Assembly (NCBI GenBank): GCA_910592345.1
Contig: CAJVPI010000168.1
Coordinates: 1 to 46,951 of the forward strand
Source of the DNA: Paraglomus brasilianum
Lineage: Eukaryota
DNA length: 46,951 bases
Reading direction: 5' to 3'
Shown: positions 36,647-46,951 of the stretch, in pieces
Layout: the number at the start of each line of letters is the position of its first letter
How positions within the stretch are numbered: position 1 is the first letter of the stretch
Notes under the pieces: model-generated
What the model was told of the DNA's origin: nothing
Databases searched by the model: none
Seen by the model: only the letters and a program-made list of their open reading frames with translations
Position numbers and translations under genes: made by a program

Positions 36647-36723
36647 TATTTTTTATTTTTATTTTTATTTTTTATTTTTATTTTTATTTTTTATTTTTTT
36701 ATTTTATTTTATTATTATTTTTT
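36647..36723. repeat. Low-complexity (T4-7A)n tract
   Basis: Repeated TTTTTA-type units. Confidence 0.9.
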
Positions 36724-36837
36724 ACTATCTTTATGTAGTAGACAATCATACGATTATACAAATTAATCATCAATGTTACAACCATGACTTATTTAGTTCA
36801 TGATTAACACATATCTGCGGAATTACGATTTGCATCG

Positions 36838-37033
36838 TGGAAAAATTAACAATCTTGATTTACTGTATCTCCGATATTACGAAGTATCGTCATATGATTG
36901 ATGGTTGGTATTGTTGAAAAAATTAACAATTTTGATATACTGTGTCTGCAAGATTACCGTATAATTCATTACATTGTCGAAAATTTAACAATTGATTACG
37001 AAGTATCATATCGTATGATTGATAATTGTCGAA
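36838..37033. repeat. Degenerate direct repeats upstream of the MULE relic, possibly subterminal repeats
   Basis: Three AAAA(A/T)TTAACAAT and two ATTACGAAGTATC..TATGATTGAT blocks. Confidence 0.65.
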
Positions 37034-37193
37034 CTAATTTATACATCACCCAATTATGAATCACGCGATTATTCGCTGGCCGTAAAGATATAAATACAAA
37101 GTGTGAGAGAAAGTATCAGCAATAAAACTCCCAGTTTCTAAATACAAATTGCATCTATTACAGTAAATAGCCGTCTAAAACTACACTCGGACA

Positions 37194-38310
37194 ATGGAAC
37201 AGGAAAAAATGTGCACTTGCTGCCTTCAATCTAAACCCATTTCTTTTTTTCAAACTGTGAAAGGCCCTCTAAGAAGAACCTGTACTCAATGCCGCGAGCA
37301 ATCTTACAAGACATTGCAAGAAAGAGAGGAAATAGTTTAACCGAACGCCCGGATTCTTTCAAGAGCAGAAGTTAAACAAAAAATAAAGCAAATAATATTA
37401 TCACAAACAATAATGACGAGTTTCTTGAAAGTGGTAATCAAGGCTTCAAGTTTAATTGTACTTTAAAAATCGATGATTTTGACTCTTGTGAAGACAATTC
37501 TAAAAATCTAGCAAAAGATATTGCTAAGTCTGTTGAAGAATGTGATGGATATTCTTACAAGTAAGATAAAATAATCTTTTTATAGTGATACAACATACTG
37601 TATATTCAAACTTACTATCTGATTTCGCATCAGCTTTAGCGTAGAGTACCATGGCGAGGAAGTTTCCATTTCAACTTCCACTGTTCCCAATCACAATACC
37701 TGTCCCGGAAACCAAGAAAGACTTTCGAAGTTGAGAAACAACGTGATAGACCTATGCCTCGATTTGAGTGCAATAATTTATTGAAAATTAAGATAAATTA
37801 CGACAACGACCAGAAAAAATGGAGTAACGCCAGAAATTAAAGATCAAATTCGCCAGCAATTACATCTTGCACCAATAGAAAGAAATTACCCGAACCTCAC
37901 TCAAAAGCAGGTTCACTGTTGGTGGACAAATCTGATGCAGCAACAATATCTAAGAGATACCGATCAACTTATTTCTGCACAACACCTTTTAGAAGAATCT
38001 GGGTTTACTATAATATTACATAATGATACTTCCGGAATTAAACACGTGGGCTTTCTAACAACCTTTTTCAATTTTTTGAAAAATAATGAAATAATTATTG
38101 ATGCAACTTGTAAGAATAAGCGTAATCATTTATTGTTTCATATTGCCTGCAATTTATTATTTACTCTAATTTGGAATTACAATTTGTAGATAAAACAAAC
38201 GCACTTGGTTTGAGCTGTATGCTGTATTGGGTCAAATTGATGGTAGCGGTTATCCTATGGCATATCTTTTTTTAGATAATACCAAAAAATATGACGGCGT
38301 TCGCACCTAT
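37194..38310 (+). mobile_element. Decayed, intron-containing Mutator/MULE transposase, 3'-truncated
   Basis: EIIIDAT|(Y)KTNALG..LYAVLGQIDGSGYPMAYLFL is the first-Asp region of MULE DDE domains; upstream KQVHCWW and DTDQLISAQHLLEE; frameshifted. Confidence 0.8.
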
Positions 38311-38559
38311 ACTTGCGAATTAAATCTTTTCAGCATCAATACTGAAACAAATCATTCTATAAAAAAGCAAACATAAATCATAAAAAAATGTTTCTTTTCA
38401 TTGAATTCGTTTGTGGACTTGTCGTTGGTCATTTGCTCCATTATAAAACATACATTCAACTCTGCAATATAAATCAAAAGCTTGAAATAGTAATTCAAGC
38501 AGCCGATTTAAACAGAATCAAAATCTAATCTAAATCCAGTAAGCTGCTCAGCGTACGAA

Positions 38560-38811
38560 AATACGCAGAGGGCGTTGAAAATCCGTGGAAAGATTTATTT
38601 GATACAAAATCTGAGCTGGACTCGGACTTTTTATTCCACTCAAATCCGCGAGTTACGCGGGGGAAAAGGCATTGCCATCTCTACACTGAATAACTTCTAC
38701 CAACGAAAAACCAATCCACGGAAATTGACTGTCGAAGCAATACAGGAATGGGTTGATAAAGAAAAGGAGAAGAAAAATGGTGGTGTTAATAGGAATAATA
38801 ATAATATGTAG
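38560..38811 (+). pseudogene. Frameshifted small HTH-like gene fragment
   Basis: QIRELRGGKGIAISTLNNFYQRKTNPRKLTVEAIQEWVDKE resembles a Cro/C1-type helix-turn-helix. Confidence 0.35.
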
Positions 38812-40431
38812 CATAGATTCACTAGCGCGACCAAGTATAGGGGTACTCATTAATGGCTTTGGGACCGAGTATTTCCTCCCATGCAATCGCTCTAGTGAAT
38901 CTTCACTTTGTTTGTTAAAGAAATAATAAAGTCAAGATGACAAAATATGTGTGTCAATTATAATCTTTTACAATTCATCTTCAAGTCTTTAAATAAAAAA
39001 AACCGAATTACAAATTGTTGAAAACATGGTCTCCCATTCATACCATCATGCTATCATATAGACTACAATTTTCACCAAAAACGTTACTTTTGTGATTGTT
39101 GTTGGGCTCTGTTCAAGCAATGAAGTTTTATTTTTTACATGCAATTGTTATTACGTGCAGTGCGATCACTTTAAATGTGAGTGAATTGGACCTGATATAG
39201 TCATGCGCAATGCCTATAATGGATTGGTTCAGGCTATGGATGATTCGGAGACTCGAAGCTCTGCTTCTTACTTATATAATAAACATAGACTCGTAATTGA
39301 GAATGATTTGCGGGAAAAAGCTTCTGTGATTCGTTATTGACAAAAGTTATTGCATTGGAGGAGATTTTGCGAGGCATAGGTTTATAAGAAAAATGTGCGT
39401 CGTTATTATACAATATTTGGTAAGAGGTGGTTGACCGCATGCTAATTATAATCTAAAATATTTTACAGAATTTCTCGAAAAGCCGTAATTTTTGATTTTT
39501 CGCATTATTTGTTCATCGCTAATATACTTAAAAGAATTCATCGCACCCGTTGTTTTGTTAAATGTCTTCTAACCCCTGAATAAAAAACGGGTTAAAGAGA
39601 CGCCTACGCCTGCAACGTTGTAACCAAGCATTTTACTCAAAACGCTGCAGACGTGTAGTTAATAACCATAAGAAATTTGTTTCAACTTGCGACCAGGGCA
39701 TACGCTAGCGAATTTTTGCTTTTAAAACCCCAAGTTGACTTAATGCATGTATTACGGTCAGTTTGTTAAAAGGTTTCGTTTGCAATAAACTAATTCATTA
39801 CATAGACGTTTGCTCAGCATATGACTAATTTGTTTACGATTACAATTGTCTAAGTAGTAGAAACTCGCTTATGGAAGACCGAGGTTTCCACACATTTTAA
39901 GTTAACATTTATTTTCTTCAATAATAAAATCAGGTCAACATTCTCGTTAAACCCTTGCGTGTAACGTCTTGCATTCTTTGTCAAAACCATGTTGCGATAT
40001 GTTTATAATATCCAAGACCTCGTCTCTGGCAGAACGTGCCGATGGAGCCAGAACTTAAACAATAGTTACCAAACTAAAACAAATATTCGTGTAACTAGTT
40101 CTATTGATCGACGATTTTGTATATTCAAATTTATGCACCGTCCTGTCCATGTGGTCATTTGTAATTATGATTGGTATGCAGAAACTTCCCTTTTAGTGAG
40201 ATGTCAACCACAAAGCCTGATCGTTCACATGAGTGTTTTGATACAGCATCTCCCCACCGGTGATAACGATTAGATTGCTTAGTGGGAAGGCGTACACGCA
40301 CCGTGCAACCAGCCTTTATCCCGATTGGATAAGATTAAAAGATTCATCCATTTGATCTAAACTTATCGAACGATAAGGGTTTGTTTAAATGGGGGACGCA
40401 TTCGAAGGATTCGAAAAACCAAACTTCACAA

Positions 40432-42745
<2,314 letters not shown>

Positions 42746-44688
42746 AATATCCAAGCGAGTGTAAGGATTAGGGCCTAGCTTCGTAACCGAATTTCAAGGG
42801 TGACCATAGTCCCGCACAAGTGCTTAATATATAATTCGTTTATGCTCCGCTGAATGTCAGTACTAATATTAGAATAATAGTCAATGTATTAGAGACAACA
42901 TCACTTTTAACTATAGAATTAATAAATGGGTGTTAATGTAAAATATCCGTAGCACTCACTTTAGCCAGATTAACTTTCGATGGCCATAACCTGTGCATTC
43001 TATTATTTCGTAATCAGATATCTTTGATATCAATGTTTAGATCTAGTGTTTGGATGACAAAGCATCAGATGGAGTGTAAACTGATCATCATGAGATTCAT
43101 ATCCCTTTCCCTCTTTGATATATCCGTGTTACCAATTTGTGCATTTCTCCTGCATACTTGTTGAGCATCTGACACTGACGATTTGACTTTTTGTAGTAGT
43201 TATAACAAAGGTTAAATCTCTGACTTTACAAATCAACTTACGTAGATGAATCACATCAACGGTGGCATGTCAAAAAAATTGTCACTAAATAAAGGGACTA
43301 CAAACATGTTGGATCTTATATCAATATACTTTGTTGCAAAATAGCGATCGTTTATTGGAATCGTCCGAAATTGATATCTCTGATATTAACGATTTCTACT
43401 TGATTGCGCATTAGCGTGATAATTTGAAAAGGCAATGAACTATCCTTGAAACATTCCTAAAACTGTCATAATGAAACTAAATTCATCAGTAAAACCAAAC
43501 TAATATCTGAAAAGGAAGTGAAATAATGTAAAGATAAACGCGCTAAAGGTGTGATTTGAATCTTGAGGAGCAGCGTTTGCGGCTTTTAGTCAAACGCTGC
43601 TATCATACACATATACTTATCGTTTTCAACACGACTATCCAGAATTCTTGGGCAATTATCGTCACTTATGACGGCAATACCGATTTAGTGAAGATCGTGT
43701 GTGTGAACGTGTGTGTGAAGATCAGATCTACCAGCTGCAGAGGGAACGTGGGAATATGCCTATGAAGGAAACTTTTAATGAATGGCTGTTAACAATAACA
43801 GACATAATGCAGTTGATGACAATATGGTTTTCCCATGACGCCCGTTCAGGAATGGCTTTGATGTACGTTAATTACAGTGTTAAACAACATTTCAAATAAG
43901 TTCAAGATCATAGATAATACCTTTACCGAGTTGAACCAGATCGTATTCCGTATGATTATAATAATTCTCATGAAAAGGGCTGATCCTCGATATAGTGAAA
44001 ACTCGATATAATGAACGTGAAGACTCTGATCGGCATTCGCCATCGAATTTCACTGTCCATAATTGAGATCTCAGGTACAAAGACAGAAAATCAATTAGCC
44101 CCGCTTTGTGTGTTCATTCATTCTCCTCTTTGAGCATTATCCATAAATAGCCGGACAATTGTCATCTTCCTGATTACACTGATAGATTCGTAGGTAATCA
44201 AAACACATTTCTCTAGTTTTCAATACGCTCGATTCTACTCGCGGACAATTATACTCATTTGCATCGACCGAATAAGATCGTCCAGAAGGATTGAAGAGAG
44301 TAAAACATAAGATTTGCGTAATTGAACAATGGCCGATGAAACTAGAGTTTTCTTCGAAGCATCCAAGTAGTGTTGATCCTAGTTAGATCTAACTATTTGC
44401 AGGCGTTTTTGGTTAGCTTTGTGAGCAAATCCAAATTGGTTTTAATTCAGATATCTAAATTGAAGATATTAATTAATGGGTTTTCAAACTATAAACTTTA
44501 CAAGTCGATTTAACAAGCGAACATATGAAAAACATAACATACTTGAACATGTCGTCCCATGGTGGCCACGACCTTCAAAGATAACCGAATTATTCCCGGC
44601 TTCCCGTTGCAATTAAACTTCATATGCATAATTGGACCGAAAGTTAACCGCCCTTGGTCGTCAGCTTAAACAAGATAAGATCAGCGTA

Positions 44689-44896
44689 AAGCTTGCGCGA
44701 AGGAATCTGATAGGTAGATAAACACCAAGGCCATTGTGCAACGATTGACCGGCGTCGATTGCATTATGTCCCATTAAAGACCAAGAGACATGACTTGAAC
44801 AACAAGCTTGCGCGAAGGAATCTTATGGGTAGAAAACATAAAGGCTATTTATTGTGCAACGATTGACCGGCGTCGAGATCAAGAGACATGACTTGA
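44689..44896. repeat. Imperfect tandem duplication of about 100 bp
   Basis: 44689-44798 and 44804-44896 share AAGCTTGCGCGAAGGAATCT, ATTGTGCAACGATTGACCGGCGTCGA and CAAGAGACATGACTTGA. Confidence 0.9.
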
Positions 44897-45312
44897 CTAA
44901 AGGTCGAAAAAGCGACGGCTCGCAGTGGTATCTAGTGGATAGGATAGAGACAAAAGATCGGAAATATTAGTAATTTAATGTCGAGCCAAGTTCTCATGCA
45001 AAAAGGTTTTTCTTTATACCAATAAAGCAACACAGCGAGATCAGCAAGCAACACAACGTTTTGTGCGTTGTAAAAGCTTGCTATGAAGACTTTGCGTAAG
45101 TTAGTTATAACCGACCATGCCACTTTTTTACTTTAATAAGCCTTATGAATAACGACATGTTTCTCTTCAAGAGCGCATAGCAATTGTTGGTAATATAAAA
45201 CAACTTAGGCGGCTTTGATAAAACTTTATAGCGAAGTGTAAACGTAATACGCTTGGCTATATAATAGACAGACAAACAAACTTTTAAGAGTTTTATGAAA
45301 AGAAAAGTGGGC

Positions 45313-45514
45313 AAAAAAATTTTTTTTTCCTCAATTTAGTAATTTGCTCACAGTTTGCTATTGTAAAATCAAAATAACAATAGTAAAAAACTTTTTAAGG
45401 GGCGAGTTACTAAAATTAGATCTAAAAGTTTGATATCAATAAGGATCGAGTCAAATATTGCTTATGTTGATAACCTGAGAAGCGAATTACTAAATTAAGA
45501 AAAAAAATTTTTTT
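45313..45514. repeat. Inverted repeat of about 35 bp enclosing about 130 bp
   Basis: AAAAAAATTTTTTTTTCCTCAATTTAGTAATTTGCT matches the reverse complement of AGCGAATTACTAAATTAAGAAAAAAAATTTTTTT. Confidence 0.75.
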
Positions 45515-45524
45515 CTAATGGCTA

Positions 45525-46026
45525 TCGGCTTACGCAATAAACGACGCATAATACTCTTAACTTTTAAGGAGCAAGTTACTAAAATTAAAACAAATGGGCA
45601 ACACAGTGCGGGTTGTTTACCATATTTGAGAATTGAGCAAGATTACGCAACGATGGGAGAGAACGGAACCGCGAAGGACCGCGAGAAAGAATTTCATGAA
45701 GTGTTGAAAAAAGCAAGGGAAAGCATTTCGATGAGTGTAGTAAGATTAGTAAAGTGTTGTTGGAGAGTAATTCGTAAGAGAGCGCGAGTAAAGGGGACAG
45801 AAAAGGGGTCGAGCGAAATGTTGCTTATGCTGATAAAGATTTTTTCGGCTTACGCAATAAACGAAGCGTAATACCCTTAACTTTTAAGGGGCAAGTTACT
45901 AAAATTAAAACAAATGGGCAACACAGTGCGGGTTGTTTACCATATTTGAGAATTGAGCAAAATTACGCAACGATGGGAGAGAACGTAACCGCGAAGGACC
46001 GCGAGAAAGAATTTCATGAAGTGTTG
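45525..46026. repeat. 182-bp near-identical direct repeats at 320-bp offset
   Basis: 45525-45706 and 45845-46026 differ by only a few substitutions. Confidence 0.95.
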
Positions 46027-46049
46027 TTGGAGATGTTGGAGAGTAATAA

Positions 46050-46816
46050 GGCGTGAGTAAATACAACTATGAGTTTGACAGCCCTGTGCAATGTGCACGA
46101 GCAACCTGTCCTCGGTATGACGGTAAACTGCCGCCTAACGTGGTAAACGGAGAGGAGTCGGGAGACATGAGTTTGACACAAACCCTGAGACAACTTTTGG
46201 CGGACATGAGTTTGACATAAAAAGGGGCGTGAGTAAATACCGCACATATAAGTTGGGAGACATGAGTTTGACACAAACCTTGAGACAACTTTTGGCGGAC
46301 ATGAGTTTGACACAAAAAAGGGGCGTGAGTAAATACCGCACATATAAGTCGGGAAACATGAGTTTGACACAAACCTTGAGACGGACATGAGTTTGACACA
46401 AAAAAGGGGCGTGGTAAATACGGCTTGTCCGCCCCAGTGCACGGCCCCAGTGCACGGCCCCTGTGCAATGTGCACGAGCAACCTGTCTCGATATGACGGT
46501 AAACTGCCTTTACATGTTGCAACCACCTCAAACTAAAATCGCGAACGAGGGTTGACGTCTACTAATGCGGTAGACTGCTAAACGGAGAGGTATATTTAAA
46601 AAGTCCTAACGGTATTCCGTGAGTTTGGAGTTCGTTTAGGCACCAAACCCGCTTGCATGCTGCCACCTCAACGTGGTAAGTGGGGGGCAACGTTAATACG
46701 GCAAAGAGCAGCATGGCTAAGGAAAGTGACATAGTGGAATTAAGCGCGCACATACAAGTCGGGAGACACTTAAGTGACATAGTGGCATGAGTAAGCGCGC
46801 ATAAGTTGGGAGACAT
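46050..46816. repeat. Nested minisatellite: about 95-bp units built on ATGAGTTTGACA, bracketed by about 50-bp direct repeats
   Basis: Units start near 46161, 46256 and 46352; seven ATGAGTTTGACA copies; CCCTGTGCAATGTGCACGAGCAACCTGTC..TATGACGGTAAACTGCC at 46082-46131 and 46459-46508; degenerate copies continue to about 46816. Confidence 0.93.
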
Positions 46817-46951
46817 ATCTCAAGTGGCATGGTTGATTATTTTGACCGCATCAGACGGTTGTAGTCGACCATTGCAAGCACTTTCAATCGTACCTTGGCA
46901 ATGTAATCAAGCGCCTGCAAAATAGTAGTTAACCATTTACGAATGGCTGCG

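Noticed and set aside
43440..44100. Short broken ORFs, possibly a TE remnant
   Set aside because: No diagnostic motif or termini.
45525..46026. TRIM/LTR retroelement interpretation of the 182-bp repeats
   Set aside because: No TG..CA termini, PBS or TSD, and similarity continues patchily past the second copy as expected for a tandem duplication.
46069..46400. CRISPR-like array of ATGAGTTTGACA repeats
   Set aside because: The spacers are themselves repeated, the core is too short, no cas genes are present and the context is eukaryotic.
46014..46531. Three overlapping minus-strand ORFs of 106-170 aa
   Set aside because: Open frames arise from the tandem repeat; the same peptides recur in all three frames.

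Overview
Eukaryotic, intron-rich nuclear DNA from an early-diverging fungus, most likely Mucoromycota/Glomeromycotina (inferred from gene content and repeat families). A block of spliced housekeeping genes (CNB1, DOA1, MED23, RPL28/uL15, NIP7, divergent H2A/H2B, an uncharacterised two-TM protein, SPO7, then a 6-phosphofructo-2-kinase-like gene) is flanked and interrupted by decayed DNA transposons (two Tc1/mariner deletion derivatives, a Sola-like and a MULE transposase relic) and ends in nested tandem repeats. Most notable: (1) two separate intronless fragments (about 2460-3191 and 31907-32230) read best with TGA=Trp and resemble genes of Mollicutes-related endobacteria (Ca. Moeniiplasma), i.e. 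probable endosymbiont DNA in the host nucleus; (2) two U12-type introns in MED23; (3) a two-TM protein with DEG/ENaC-like motif layout and a PY tail; (4) a folded RNA element in RPL28 intron 1; (5) five covarying ACTAATAGT palindromes. Exon boundaries were read by eye and family assignments come from motif recognition, not database searches.
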